From Nitrosopumilus sp. (GTDB lineage Archaea; Thermoproteota; Nitrososphaeria; Nitrososphaerales; Nitrosopumilaceae): DNA of 64,000 nt. A program made the translations under genes and the position numbers. The notes under the pieces are model-generated. The model was not told the DNA's origin, ran no database searches, and saw only the letters and a list, made by a program, of their open reading frames with translations. Of this stretch, positions 22,437-32,987 are shown one piece after another. Within the stretch, counting starts at the first letter, position 1. Each line of letters begins with the position of its first letter. The DNA lies in NCBI GenBank assembly GCA_965223425.1, contig OZ245003.1:1440001-1504000 (forward strand), written 5' to 3'.

Positions 22437-22883
22437 CTAGGCCTCCATTGTTTCTTTGAGAAGGTTTTTTCTGACAAGAATTGGAATGTTATAAAATGAT
22501 GCAAGTGCCATGGCATCCGATGCGCGGTAATTTCTCAATACCAGGTCTTTTTTACCTGTAAAGTACAGGTTTGCTCGCAATACTTTGCCACTTTCATAGA
22601 TCTTTACCTTGACTAGAACCAGTTCATTTTCTTCACAAATTTCCTCAATCATCTTGTAAATTGATGGGATTTTTTCACCTTCCTCTTTTTCATCAAAACT
22701 TGAGATGTGCCTTACAACCTCTCCAGAGAATGCACGCATGTGAAATTCCTTTCCGCTGTCAGCCTTTAGGACAACCATGCCTTCAACTGCGTATGGATCA
22801 ACAAATCCAACGTAATCAATTTTGACTGATTCATAATCAGGCTCCTGCACTTGATCAATGTCCATGGTACGCATAAACTTCAT
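22437..22883 (-). CDS. bifunctional nuclease domain (DUF151-like) protein
   Basis: VKVKIY..ANL..RASDAMALA..PILV motif. Confidence 0.8.
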   Translation of the reverse strand: MKFMRTMDIDQVQEPDYESVKIDYVGFVDPYAVEGMVVLKADSGKEFHMRAFSGEVVRHISSFDEKEEGEKIPSIYKMIEEICEENELVLVKVKIYESGKVLRANLYFTGKKDLVLRNYRASDAMALASFYNIPILVRKNLLKETMEA

Positions 22884-22998
22884 GCTTAGTGCTTATAAAG
22901 ATAGCAAAGTCAGGAGATCAAATCAGACATGTCATTGTAAATTATTTTTTAATAGTTAAGACTAGTGCGCAATCCCAAATTATTTAAAATCCCTAACT

Positions 22999-24828
22999 AT
23001 GGATAGCTTGATGTCAACTAATCCAGAGCGTGCAATATCTTATGTTCTAAACAAGTATGTCACAAAATACATGGACAAGGATGTCCTGATACTCGATCAG
23101 AACACATCTACAAGGGAGGCAGCCAGAATGCTACAACACTATGAAACAGACGACATAATTGTCAGAGACGAAGATAACCTTCCAGTAGGAATTGTAACTG
23201 ATGAAGATATACTAAGTAAGGTAAGCGATGTTACAGTTTACGCAGAAGCCACTACGCTAAAAGACGTCATGAGTGCGCCACTCATCACAATTAATGAAAA
23301 AGCAACGCTGCAAGATGCACTACATAAAATGAGAGACAACAACATTAGAAAACTTCCAGTGCTAACAAAGAAAAACCAGGTGGTTGGAATGATCTTTCAG
23401 ACAGCTATTGCAAACGTGATTAGAAACGCCACTGCCACTGCACCGCGTCTTTTGAGTCCCCCCGTCAAAGCAGTTCTTGGCAATCTTGGGTTTGTGCTAC
23501 AATTTGCAGGGGTTTTACTGCTCGTACCGGCCATTGTTGCAACAGTTTTAGAGGATACCACAACTGCTACGGGGATTTATCTAACTACTGTTCTTTTGCT
23601 GGTTACTGGATTCTTTCTAAATTCTTATGGTGAAAAATCAAGCCTCAATCTGCAGCAAGCGTCAATTTTGGTTTTTTCAAGTTTGTTTTTGCTGTCTTTG
23701 TTTGGAACCGTACCTTATCTGTACGTGTTTACTAGTGGTGAAACCAATGTGGAGGTATTTGGAAATGCATTCTTTTCAAGTGCCGCAGGATTCACAACTG
23801 GCGGAATATCGTTGTTTGATGAGCCAGAAAGTCTTTCTCAAAGCTTTACTTTCTATCGTAGTTACACTCAGCTAGTGGGAGGCATGAGTTTCATTTATCT
23901 GGTAATTACAGCATTTTATCCAGAATCAAAACTGCAATCCATGCGCGGCTTCATATCAGGAAGAACGCTTCACATGAAGGAGCTTTTCTCGACCATCACA
24001 ATCATCTTTGCAGTGTATATTGTAATTGTTGCAACTTTGCTGTATATCCTGGGCGCATCAGAGAATTTACTGGATGATTTTTCATTGGCGATGAGCACTT
24101 TAGCAACAGGAGGATTCATACCGACATCGACAATTCTTGATGATCTGTCGTGGCAAGAACATGTTGTTTTGATGGGCGCAATGATACTTGGCGCGCTGCC
24201 ATTTACATTTCACTATGCGTTTGTTAGGAAAAAATTCCTTTCACCAAAACTTGGAAAGGAGGTTTTGACATATTTTTCAATTTTGGCCGCTGCTATTGTT
24301 TTGTTTATTGCAATCAGCGGGTTGGATCCTATGGAAAGCGCGTTTTATTCCATATCAGCTAGTACCACTGCAGGACTCCAACAAGAAAGTCTCGCGGGGT
24401 TAAATGGAGGAGCGCACACCATTTTGATAATTTTGATGTTTATTGGAGGGTGTGGATTTTCAACTGCAGGGGGGTTGAAAATATTTAGATTATTCCATTT
24501 GCGCGATGTTAGATCTCTTTTTAATAAAATAAAAAGAGACAAACTGTCAAGCCAGGCAAAAAAAGAAGTCATAGCTACTCTAATCATTATTGCGTTATTT
24601 CCTACAATCTCAGCAATCACAGGGGCACATCTTGCAGCTACTGAAGAAGTGCCATACCAGGAAGCATTCTTTGAGGCAGTAGGGGTCATCACTACTGGGG
24701 GGCTGTCTGCAGGAGTAATTGATTCGGACACAGATCCTGCAACAAAGATTGTTCTAGGATTTTTGATGATATTTGGAAGACTGGAGATTATTGCAATTAT
24801 CTACATCTTTGTTCCTAAACTTAGCTAG
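22999..24828 (+). CDS. trkH: CBS-domain fused TrkH-type potassium uptake protein
   Basis: N-terminal CBS pair; pore motifs FTTGG, LATGG, STTAG, GGCGFSTAGGLK, MIFGRLEI. Confidence 0.9.
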   Translation: MDSLMSTNPERAISYVLNKYVTKYMDKDVLILDQNTSTREAARMLQHYETDDIIVRDEDNLPVGIVTDEDILSKVSDVTVYAEATTLKDVMSAPLITINEKATLQDALHKMRDNNIRKLPVLTKKNQVVGMIFQTAIANVIRNATATAPRLLSPPVKAVLGNLGFVLQFAGVLLLVPAIVATVLEDTTTATGIYLTTVLLLVTGFFLNSYGEKSSLNLQQASILVFSSLFLLSLFGTVPYLYVFTSGETNVEVFGNAFFSSAAGFTTGGISLFDEPESLSQSFTFYRSYTQLVGGMSFIYLVITAFYPESKLQSMRGFISGRTLHMKELFSTITIIFAVYIVIVATLLYILGASENLLDDFSLAMSTLATGGFIPTSTILDDLSWQEHVVLMGAMILGALPFTFHYAFVRKKFLSPKLGKEVLTYFSILAAAIVLFIAISGLDPMESAFYSISASTTAGLQQESLAGLNGGAHTILIILMFIGGCGFSTAGGLKIFRLFHLRDVRSLFNKIKRDKLSSQAKKEVIATLIIIALFPTISAITGAHLAATEEVPYQEAFFEAVGVITTGGLSAGVIDSDTDPATKIVLGFLMIFGRLEIIAIIYIFVPKLS

Positions 24829-24863
24829 GATAGGGTTTAATTTCGTAAAAAAAAATTAAAATT

Positions 24864-25694
24864 ATGAAAGAGCAGTCAAGCAGGAGCGCAAACAAGGGCA
24901 AGAAACTGATTGTTTTAGGGTTTGTGACAATCGTAATTCTATTTTTAATTTATAATCGATATCAAGATCCAGAATTACTTACACCTAGTGCAATAGATTC
25001 CATTCAAAGAATAGCATACGGGTTTTACATAACGCTTGTTGTGTCATTTGGGGCAATCGCTTTTGGGATGTACCGATACCATAAAGAAAAAGTAGAAACC
25101 AAAGGAAAGGATCTGTCAACAATGATTGCGCTAGCAACTTGGAATTCAAAATCGCGAAAAATCTTTATTGTGACATTCATAGGGTACGGAATATTTTTCT
25201 CATTGGCATCTGGAACACTGGTATATCAGCCGGAGGTTAATTTTGCGATTCATTATGGCGCAACAATTCCATCGGGTTTTATCGCACCATGTTGTGATGA
25301 ACCAGGATACATGCCAAAGATAATCGTCTATCTAACAGAACATGTGGGTTTGCAAATAATTCCAATTAATTTGACATTACAGATAATTGTCTCATATTTA
25401 GTTGGATTGAATGCTTCAATTGCAGTATGTGCTTATGCAATCTCAAAGAGGGGAAGGGGGATAAGCACGATTGGAGCAGCTACGGGGTTGTTCATCGCAT
25501 GTCCAACTTGTGCCGGTACGTTTCTTTCAATATTTCTCGGAACTGCAAGCGGAATTGCTTTATCAATTGCACTTACACAAATGCAAACGTTATTCATTGC
25601 AATATCAATTCCAGTATTACTTGTTACGCCGTATGTAATGGCACGAAAATTAAGAAATGCAGACGGCAGTTGTAAAGTAAACCCTACTGGTTGA
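24864..25694 (+). CDS. membrane protein with CPTC motif
   Basis: Multiple hydrophobic helices, PCC and ACPTCAG. Confidence 0.8.
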   Translation: MKEQSSRSANKGKKLIVLGFVTIVILFLIYNRYQDPELLTPSAIDSIQRIAYGFYITLVVSFGAIAFGMYRYHKEKVETKGKDLSTMIALATWNSKSRKIFIVTFIGYGIFFSLASGTLVYQPEVNFAIHYGATIPSGFIAPCCDEPGYMPKIIVYLTEHVGLQIIPINLTLQIIVSYLVGLNASIAVCAYAISKRGRGISTIGAATGLFIACPTCAGTFLSIFLGTASGIALSIALTQMQTLFIAISIPVLLVTPYVMARKLRNADGSCKVNPTG

Positions 25695-25938
25695 ACTTTG
25701 TGACTCGGGGGATTTTGTGATTTCCAACATCGTACCCATCCCGTCTTAGAAATTTTAGAGTAAATTTGTAAATTAATTCGTCATGATTTACTTGTTCTAA
25801 TATTTCAGTCCACAGAACCTTTCCTTTTTCCTCAATTTGTTTTTTGAAACTAGGGTTCATAGACTCAGCAATATCTTTGCACTGATCAAGAGTTTTTCCA
25901 TTTTTGTATGCACGAACACGCCTATCACAACTATCCAT
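25684..25938 (-). CDS. hypothetical protein
   Basis: 84-aa ORF, host-like composition. Confidence 0.7.
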   Translation of the reverse strand: MDSCDRRVRAYKNGKTLDQCKDIAESMNPSFKKQIEEKGKVLWTEILEQVNHDELIYKFTLKFLRRDGYDVGNHKIPRVTKFNQ

Positions 25939-26140
25939 AGTCAGAGTATCAAGTCACCGCCTGCCCATGTATGTTTTTGCCCTGCAGTATCAAGTGAACG
26001 TGCGCATCTGTGCCCATTTTTTTGCAGTTGGCCCTCCACAGGACCACAGCAGCAAAGCCTGCAGTAGCTGATGCAGTCTAGGTGCCGTCCGGCGAGGCGG
26101 TGTTTGGAGGGGATTCAAATACCAGACAGAAAAAACAGAA

Positions 26141-26377
26141 GTGATGGGCATCCAGTCACCCTTGGAATATGTAGATTTTTTCATAAACCTCAACATGGGA
26201 GAGAATGTAAGTTTGCTAAGTTTCGTTAACAATGAGAAATTAGTACTAAAACAGAAACTCGAATACAAAAATTTGGAAAAAGAACCAATCAAAAATGGAA
26301 TTGAGATCTTAGAAGGGTTAGCAAGAGAGATTAATGAGGTTGGAGAAAAAACAGTATTAGAAAAATATCGAAAATAA
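26141..26377 (+). CDS. hypothetical protein
   Basis: 78-aa ORF co-oriented with the downstream gene. Confidence 0.7.
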   Translation: MMGIQSPLEYVDFFINLNMGENVSLLSFVNNEKLVLKQKLEYKNLEKEPIKNGIEILEGLAREINEVGEKTVLEKYRK

Positions 26378-26389
26378 CTAGGAGGGACA

Positions 26390-26965
26390 ATGGACAAAAA
26401 TTCAGAGATCATTAGGACAGAAATCATCAGAATTCTTAACGAAAATGGAAAAACTCGCGGAACTGAACTTGCCAAAAAAGTGATAGAAATGGTGGGCAAT
26501 GAGAAAATGGTTTACAGGGAAATCAGTGCACTAGTAGAATCAGGGGAAATAGAGAAGAGAGTCCACAGCAAATCACACATAGAATACGAACTAATCAGTT
26601 TATCAGAATCTGTCAATAGTCAACTGAAAAATCTTCATAAAGAAGTAGAGATAATTTTTGAAGAAATTACAAATTTGGATATGGCAAGTAAAGAAGAAGA
26701 AGAAGAAGAATTTTCTTTTCATGAAAGGCTAAGAACATTAATTCATTTCATACATATTGTACAATCAACGGATGGAATAATGAAGTTGTTATCATTTTAT
26801 CCTGCATTCAAAAAAGACAAAATGTTTTCACAAATCAATAGAAAGATTGATGATTGTTGGCAAGCAATAATGAATGGCATTGCACACCAGCCGGAACAAG
26901 ATTTTCTAAATGAAATTCTTGCAAATTTAAGAATATCGCGTCTTGATTCAGATAATGTAAACTAG
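26390..26965 (+). CDS. winged-helix domain protein
   Basis: N-terminal wHTH-like segment (TELAKKV..YREISALVESGEIEK); GGAGG upstream. Confidence 0.75.
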   Translation: MDKNSEIIRTEIIRILNENGKTRGTELAKKVIEMVGNEKMVYREISALVESGEIEKRVHSKSHIEYELISLSESVNSQLKNLHKEVEIIFEEITNLDMASKEEEEEEFSFHERLRTLIHFIHIVQSTDGIMKLLSFYPAFKKDKMFSQINRKIDDCWQAIMNGIAHQPEQDFLNEILANLRISRLDSDNVN

Positions 26966-27234
26966 ATTTTTTTTAATTTATCAACAATGACCTTGAGAAT
27001 CTCTTCATCGTCAAGAAGAATCAACGGGAAGTTGTTTTCCTCACTTGCCTTACGAAATTCTGTATCTTTTGTGACTATAATCATGTCATTTTCACGGGCA
27101 TAATTGATTATAGAATAATCCGAGCCTAGCTTTTTGCCTGTGTTTTGTAGCTTGCGAACACTATAGGCATCATAACCGAGTTCCTTTAATCGTTCATCCA
27201 TGCCATCTAGATTTTCATCAACTAGAACCTTCAT
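26962..27234 (-). CDS. PIN-like (DUF5615/Mut7-C-like) protein
   Basis: MKVLVDENL, SDYSII, IIVTKDTEF. Confidence 0.85.
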   Translation of the reverse strand: MKVLVDENLDGMDERLKELGYDAYSVRKLQNTGKKLGSDYSIINYARENDMIIVTKDTEFRKASEENNFPLILLDDEEILKVIVDKLKKI

Positions 27235-27315
27235 GTTATTTTATCATTTGATTTCAATATTAGTGTAAACCAGCATCTAGGATCAAGTACTTATTTCCAA
27301 TAAACACAATATTGT

Positions 27316-27552
27316 GTGATGGACACTAAAAAAGAAGATAGTTCAGAAGAATCAAAAAATAACCATATTACATATTACAAATCATTAACCAAAACAATCT
27401 CTGATATTCAAGAAGAAAAAAAGATGGAAAATGATCCAACAATCAAAAATCATCTTGATCAAAGAATAGGGGCCATGGAAAAGGACAGAAAAAGAATAAG
27501 AGAGATGTTTCCAGGCATTTCAGAAGAGGAATGGAATGTCGACTCCGCCTGA
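27316..27552 (+). CDS. hypothetical protein
   Basis: 78-aa ORF. Confidence 0.65.
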   Translation: MMDTKKEDSSEESKNNHITYYKSLTKTISDIQEEKKMENDPTIKNHLDQRIGAMEKDRKRIREMFPGISEEEWNVDSA

Positions 27553-27745
27553 AAAAAACCACAACAAGCATCTTGACTTACTTCAAGATTACAAAACACA
27601 CCTCATAAAATACATCCAAGAATTAGAAAAGATGGATCAACAGTCAGAATTTGCAAAAAAATGGAACGAAACTACGATAAAAGAGCGGAGAGAAGAACTT
27701 CAAGTGATCGATAAGATCCTAAAAAATCTGATCAGATTTAGTTAA
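27536..27745 (+). CDS. hypothetical coiled-coil protein
   Basis: 69-aa ORF overlapping the previous gene. Confidence 0.6.
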   Translation: MSTPPEKNHNKHLDLLQDYKTHLIKYIQELEKMDQQSEFAKKWNETTIKERREELQVIDKILKNLIRFS

Positions 27746-27756
27746 TGGAGTTTCGG

Positions 27757-27801
27757 AGGCCCGATAAATTTGTGATCAGATCATCGAAATTTAACAGGCC
27801 C
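27757..27801. repeat. diverged 45-bp variant of the palindromic element
   Basis: AGGCCCGATAAATTTGTGATCAGATCATCGAAATTTAACAGGCCC; same TGATCAGATCA core and AAATTT arms. Confidence 0.6.
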
Positions 27802-28015
27802 GCCGTTTCTTAGTCAGATCATAAGGATTGACACAAAAATCATCTACATGCTCTGACGGAACCCCATCAAACCATACAAGTTCCTTGTCAATTTTGAATC
27901 CTTGGAAATCAAAATCAGATTTTGACTTCTTTTTTACAAAATCTATTTCATTTTGAATCATTTTTCTAATTTCTTCTTGTTCTTGTTTTGTTAATTCATA
28001 GCTACATGACATCAT
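27791..28015 (-). CDS. hypothetical protein
   Basis: 74-aa ORF whose stop lies inside the palindrome. Confidence 0.5.
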   Translation of the reverse strand: MMSCSYELTKQEQEEIRKMIQNEIDFVKKKSKSDFDFQGFKIDKELVWFDGVPSEHVDDFCVNPYDLTKKRRAC

Positions 28016-28182
28016 GTCGATTTGGACAAAATAATCCCATGTTGAGGATTGATTTTGCTTTAATGAATGGCTTGTTTAGTTGTTGAGAACTTCTATAGTC
28101 TTTCACATTCAAACATCTTAGAATCTCCAAGATACTTGTGAAATGTCACGATGTTTAGAAGTGACTACCATTTAGATATTTT

Positions 28183-28563
28183 CTAAATATCAGCAGTAAT
28201 CTTCTTTATTTTAGTAATTAAGCGAATTTTTGTATTAATTGGCATCTCAGGCTCCATGGCAAAGTAAACAATATTTCTTTTTGTATAGATTACCATTTGA
28301 GACACTTTTTCTCTTTCAACATGGACATATCTCACTTTACCAAGTGTTCTATCAAACTCTTTTCTCATTGCTCGTCGTTGTGCGACTTGTTTACAGAAAT
28401 GCTCCTCTTCTTTTTGCGACTCGAGACTTGTCTTACCGGCCTTCATGATTGCTTCACGGATTTTCCCTTTTGAATCAATAATTGCCGCAAATCTCATTTG
28501 GGGATCTAAATTAAGGATTTTTTGAACAATATTGAGCAAGTCAGTTTTTTGCTTTACTGCCAT
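28183..28563 (-). CDS. roadblock-like protein
   Basis: From MAVKQK: LDPQMRFAAIIDSKG..LGKVRYVHVEREKV, a thaumarchaeal roadblock-like pattern. Confidence 0.75.
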   Translation of the reverse strand: MAVKQKTDLLNIVQKILNLDPQMRFAAIIDSKGKIREAIMKAGKTSLESQKEEEHFCKQVAQRRAMRKEFDRTLGKVRYVHVEREKVSQMVIYTKRNIVYFAMEPEMPINTKIRLITKIKKITADI

Positions 28564-28618
28564 ATCTGAGTTCAAAAATTTCCTTACTAAATATAAGCCA
28601 TTGAAAACACATGTCTGT

Positions 28619-29236
28619 ATGGCAACCCCAATTTTTAGAATCCTTGATGAATTAGATGCACAATCAAACCTAGAAAAAACAAGGAAGGTCGACATTTTGC
28701 CAGAAGACAAAATGTGGGCAATAACTAAAGGAACAGGAAAGCTGCTAAACATGGTTTTGCGCATAAAAAACGCAAAAAACATGCTGGAGATAGGCATGTC
28801 TGTAGGATATTCTACGATATGGTGTGCAGAAGCCATATCTAAGCAATCAGGCAAAATCATCACAATAGAGCAAAGTCCAAGTAAAATCAGAAGGGCAAAA
28901 GAAAATTTTCAAAAGGCAGGGATATCAGACATGATCACCATAAAAGAAGGATTGGCATTGCAAATACTTTCTGAATTAAGTTTAGAAAAGAAATACGCAG
29001 AATATTTTGATTTTGTTTTAATTGATGCAGATAAAGAAAACACCATAGAATATTTTGACTTGGTATTACCAATGGTTAAAACTGGAGGCATTATTGTAAC
29101 AGACAATATGCTATATCCCGAAAAATACCGAAAACACATGGAAAAATTTTCAGATTATCTCAAGGGAAACCCTAAACTTCACACTACAACGTTAGATATT
29201 GGCAATGGTGAAGAAATGACTATAAAGCTATCTTAA
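28619..29236 (+). CDS. SAM-dependent O-methyltransferase
   Basis: LEIGMSVGYST, FDFVLIDADK, GGIIVTDN. Confidence 0.9.
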   Translation: MATPIFRILDELDAQSNLEKTRKVDILPEDKMWAITKGTGKLLNMVLRIKNAKNMLEIGMSVGYSTIWCAEAISKQSGKIITIEQSPSKIRRAKENFQKAGISDMITIKEGLALQILSELSLEKKYAEYFDFVLIDADKENTIEYFDLVLPMVKTGGIIVTDNMLYPEKYRKHMEKFSDYLKGNPKLHTTTLDIGNGEEMTIKLS

Positions 29237-30725
29237 TTGTTTTTGTTTTTGTTTTTGTTTTTGTTTTTGTTTTTGTTTTTGTTTTTGTTTTTGTTTTTGT
29301 TTTTGTTTTTGTTTTTGACGGTTTCTTTTTGGGAGGTTTTTTTGCAAGAGATTTTAATTTGCTGTGCTTTTCGGAAATTTGCTTTTTAATTTTTTGTTGC
29401 TCTTTTTTTAATTTTTGATTTTTTGTTTTTATTTGTTTTTCAATTCTTTTGCGTTTCCCTTTTAGAGATTCAACTGCCTTTTCTTCTTTTTTGAGTTGTT
29501 TGGCCAATACTGCTTGAGAATAAAGTCTCTTTTTTTCTTCTTGTGTTTTTTTGACTATCAATTCTTTTTCCTTTGATATGGCATTAATTAGCTGGAGCCT
29601 TTCCTCTTTGGCTTTAATCAAATCTTGTTCTTGCATTTTAATTAATTTTTTAAGCTTATTAGATTCTACAAACTTGGCTTTTTCTTCGTTGACTTGGGAA
29701 ACAATTTCATCATAATCTTGTCTAGTTTTTTCTAATTCAGTTTGCTTGAATTTAATTTCATTGGCATATTTGGCCTGCTCTGCCAACCTAGATTTCTGGT
29801 CTTCGGCCATTTTTGCCAATGAATTTTGTTCATTTTGTATCTGTTTTTCAATTTTTTCTTGCTCTAATCGGGCTTGCTCAAGTTGTTTTTTTTGCCTAAC
29901 AAGTTCTTGTGAGATTTTGATCTTCTCCAAATCAATTTTTTTGATTATAGATTCTCGTTCCTTTTTGACTGTAGCAAGTTCTCGTTTTTGTGCTACTATT
30001 TCTCTAGATAATTTTGTTTGCGTTTCAACTCTAAATCTCTCATCCTTAATTTGGGACTCGAGCGAAGATCTGTCTTGAAGAGTTTGTTGCTCGTATTCTT
30101 TTCTATGAGAAACCAGTTCTGCTAATTTCAAGCGACGCATGCCAAGCTCATGTGAAGTTTTCTTTTGATTTTCAATGTTGCCTTCTTCTTGCTCGATGTT
30201 TTTAGTGACTTCACTTAGTTCCTTTGATTTGTCTTTAGGAGCCTGTCCTTTAGGTAAAGTTCCATGTACTTTTTGCGTAGGTTCTAATTTTTTAGAAATT
30301 TTTGGCGGGAAAATATTTTCTGTGGATTGTGATGTTTTAAGGGATTTGTCTTCAGCAATGATTTCTTCTTGAATCGGGGGTTGGAGTTTTGATTCTAGGT
30401 ATGCTTGATCAGAATGATAAAGCGGTTTGTTATTTACCAACATGTCATAGATATGTTGCAATCGTCCTAGATCACCATTACCAGTATCAATTAATTGTTG
30501 AATTTCTGGAAGAATTGGATTTTCTTGTTTAGATTCTTCTTCTTCTTCTTCAATTGAAAATGATGAATTTAATTTATTTTCAAGGTAAGCTTGATCAGAA
30601 TGATATAGCGGTTTGTTATTTTTTAAAAATTCAAGTATGTGACATAACCTACCTGAATCGCCTTTGCCAGTATCAATGAAACTGGTTACTTTTTCGATTG
30701 CTTGTGTAAGAGTCAGTTGCTGCAT
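29220..30725 (-). CDS. coiled-coil protein with duplicated N-terminal domain and (KT)n tail
   Basis: Repeat GxGDxGRL.HI...L.NNKPLYHSDQAYLE x2; long K/E/Q coiled coil. Confidence 0.85.
   Translation of the reverse strand: MQQLTLTQAIEKVTSFIDTGKGDSGRLCHILEFLKNNKPLYHSDQAYLENKLNSSFSIEEEEEESKQENPILPEIQQLIDTGNGDLGRLQHIYDMLVNNKPLYHSDQAYLESKLQPPIQEEIIAEDKSLKTSQSTENIFPPKISKKLEPTQKVHGTLPKGQAPKDKSKELSEVTKNIEQEEGNIENQKKTSHELGMRRLKLAELVSHRKEYEQQTLQDRSSLESQIKDERFRVETQTKLSREIVAQKRELATVKKERESIIKKIDLEKIKISQELVRQKKQLEQARLEQEKIEKQIQNEQNSLAKMAEDQKSRLAEQAKYANEIKFKQTELEKTRQDYDEIVSQVNEEKAKFVESNKLKKLIKMQEQDLIKAKEERLQLINAISKEKELIVKKTQEEKKRLYSQAVLAKQLKKEEKAVESLKGKRKRIEKQIKTKNQKLKKEQQKIKKQISEKHSKLKSLAKKPPKKKPSKTKTKTKTKTKTKTKTKTKTKTKTKTIKIAL
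29239..29316. repeat. (GTTTTT)13 microsatellite
   Basis: 13 perfect hexamers. Confidence 0.97.
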
Positions 30726-30853
30726 GATAACCCTCTTGTAGTTACTCCTGTGCCACTATAGTAAAAATAACTTGTTAAAAAAATTCACACAGACATGAAT
30801 TTTTGATGATTTGACCCAAGTCGATTAAAAGTTGTTGCCTAAAAGAAAGATAC

Positions 30854-31663
30854 TTAGATTTTGAGCCTAAATTTTTGACTCAAAACTATCACAGATGTCA
30901 CAGACACCCCAAGAACGATTAAAGCAGTTGAGCCAAACTCTGGCACTATAGTTGTGCCCGCAATAGTCAAAGTTTGGGATTCAGAGTCCAGTGGAATAAA
31001 CAATACGTTAAGATTATCTTCTGGAATACTTTCAAAATCATCAATTTTTTCACCATCCACCCAAATTACAAATGGGCCATCAATTAGGCCCGGATCTAAT
31101 CTTAATTCCAATTCGTTATTTTCAGATCTTGGTTCACCAATTATTTCAAACGTAATAGCTTTTTGATCTTTATCAACAGTGGCAGTCGATAACAGTCTAT
31201 TGAAGTCATATTCAACAGCAAAGCCTTCTTCATCATCATCATCAAATTCTCTTCCAACATTTGGAATAATTGAATATCCATCAGTTACAACAACAGTACC
31301 AGTCATCCAAGGGTGTAACAAGCAAAAGTATGGATAATGACCTGCTTCTGTAAATTTATGAGAATATGATGTTCCAGGTCCAAGTATGTTACTGTCAAAT
31401 ATTCCATCCCCGCCTTCAGATATAATGCCTGAAGTCGCAGTATGTGCAAAAGTATCAGCATTTTTCCAAACAATAGTGTCGCCCACCAGAATTTCAACAT
31501 CGCCTGAAGTTGAGCCGTCTTTTTCACTTTGCCAAAAATATGGCGCATCAGAGCTTGCCGCACCGGTAGGGATGTTTATGTCGTAGCTGGCCTGAGCAAA
31601 TGCACTAGTTGAAAATGGAATCAGAAATACTACAAATGTTAAAAGAAAAAAGAATAATTTCAT
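30854..31663 (-). CDS. cupredoxin (plastocyanin-like) PEFG-CTERM protein
   Basis: Signal peptide, AHTATSG, YFCLLHPWM, C-terminal VPEFG + TM. Confidence 0.92.
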   Translation of the reverse strand: MKLFFFLLTFVVFLIPFSTSAFAQASYDINIPTGAASSDAPYFWQSEKDGSTSGDVEILVGDTIVWKNADTFAHTATSGIISEGGDGIFDSNILGPGTSYSHKFTEAGHYPYFCLLHPWMTGTVVVTDGYSIIPNVGREFDDDDEEGFAVEYDFNRLLSTATVDKDQKAITFEIIGEPRSENNELELRLDPGLIDGPFVIWVDGEKIDDFESIPEDNLNVLFIPLDSESQTLTIAGTTIVPEFGSTALIVLGVSVTSVIVLSQKFRLKI

Positions 31664-31762
31664 AAAATAATGATTATAATTTAATTAAAAGGGTTTACGG
31701 TGTTCACAACCACATACAATATTGTTCTTGCTGTTTATTAATCAGATAGGGGGAATCCAGAT

Positions 31763-31987
31763 ATGAGAACAGGAATACTAGTCATCATTATAGGAACAAT
31801 CATGTTTGGGGCGGGACTAGTGTTGTTTTATTCAATTGAACTGGGACAGACAGATCCCACATTGAGATTTATCAAAAATGGGGGCACGTTTATTGGCATT
31901 AGTGGAATGGGAGTAAGTTTGGCAGGAATTTTGTTGTATCTTATCAGTAAAAATGAACCGCCAATAAAAGAAAATATCGACATCTAG
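31763..31987 (+). CDS. small membrane protein
   Basis: Two hydrophobic helices. Confidence 0.7.
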   Translation: MRTGILVIIIGTIMFGAGLVLFYSIELGQTDPTLRFIKNGGTFIGISGMGVSLAGILLYLISKNEPPIKENIDI

Positions 31988-32278
31988 GCTTGTGAAAGCA
32001 CTCTTGTATCCACTACAGCAGTTACAAGTTTACAGCTTCTTTTGCAAAACAAAACTTCCTTGTTTGCCAAAATTCGAATAAAAGTTGGAATTTTTCTGCA
32101 GTATGAAGAATTATTTTCACAGTTAGGACATGTCCAAAAACAGTTTCATGCAAAAGGCATTTTTAAGACTCGTGAGGGCATTACGGCTTTCTGACATATT
32201 GGCAACAAGTAGAAATTGTACGGATAACAGGCAGGCAGGTAACTAAATTATTATAATAAAGTAAACCAACACTGAGAG

Positions 32279-32704
32279 ATGCCTGAGAAGATCTGGATTG
32301 GAGCATTATATCTTAAAGAGGAGGGAGGATACGAGATAGTCCTAAAGTCATTAAATCATTACAAAAACAGATTAAAAACTCTGGGAGATAGCCCAGAATT
32401 AAAAGACGCAGCTGCGATGTTTGCATCTGTTTTAAATCAACAAGCAAGAAAGATAGTGCCAAAAATCGATGAGACGGTTCAAAAAATTCAAGACAATTTA
32501 GGAGACATTCAATCAATTAGCAAACTCAGTGAGGATGTCCCATTTTTAGAAAAAGCATTATCATGTTATGAAGCAGACATTCACAGGGCACAAGATACAG
32601 GGCATGAATATTTTGTCAAACTGATAGGAAATATGATGGATGCAAAAAATGATCTAGATGCCATAAAAACAGCACTAGACAAAATAAAACAGTATTCAAA
32701 ATAA
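32279..32704 (+). CDS. hypothetical protein
   Basis: 141-aa ORF. Confidence 0.75.
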   Translation: MPEKIWIGALYLKEEGGYEIVLKSLNHYKNRLKTLGDSPELKDAAAMFASVLNQQARKIVPKIDETVQKIQDNLGDIQSISKLSEDVPFLEKALSCYEADIHRAQDTGHEYFVKLIGNMMDAKNDLDAIKTALDKIKQYSK

Positions 32705-32721
32705 AACAGTATTCAAAAGAA

Positions 32722-32952
32722 TTACAGTCCTTGCAGATACCAGTCCAAATACGGTGTTAATGCCTTGCATTGTTTCTTCTTTTCAGGCTCATTTTCAGCA
32801 TCCTGAATCTTTTGAATTTTTCCCTGAAGATAGTCTGAGATTAACGCACTTTTAAACAAAGGCATTATTTGGCTTAAAATCTCAAGAATTTTCTCCGAAG
32901 AGGTATTCTCAAAGTTATCCAATGCCTGTCTAACCTGGTCTTCTAAAGACAT
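32722..32952 (-). CDS. hypothetical protein
   Basis: 76-aa ORF. Confidence 0.7.
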   Translation of the reverse strand: MSLEDQVRQALDNFENTSSEKILEILSQIMPLFKSALISDYLQGKIQKIQDAENEPEKKKQCKALTPYLDWYLQGL

Positions 32953-32987
32953 GTGATTCTTGAAAAAATCCCATTATTATTTGATAG

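Noticed and set aside
15545-22499. Numerous overlapping short ORFs within IS elements
   Set aside because: Shadow frames of GC-rich transposase genes.
32681-32714. 17-bp tandem duplication AAAATAAAACAGTATTC at a stop codon
   Set aside because: Two copies only; simple slippage suffices.
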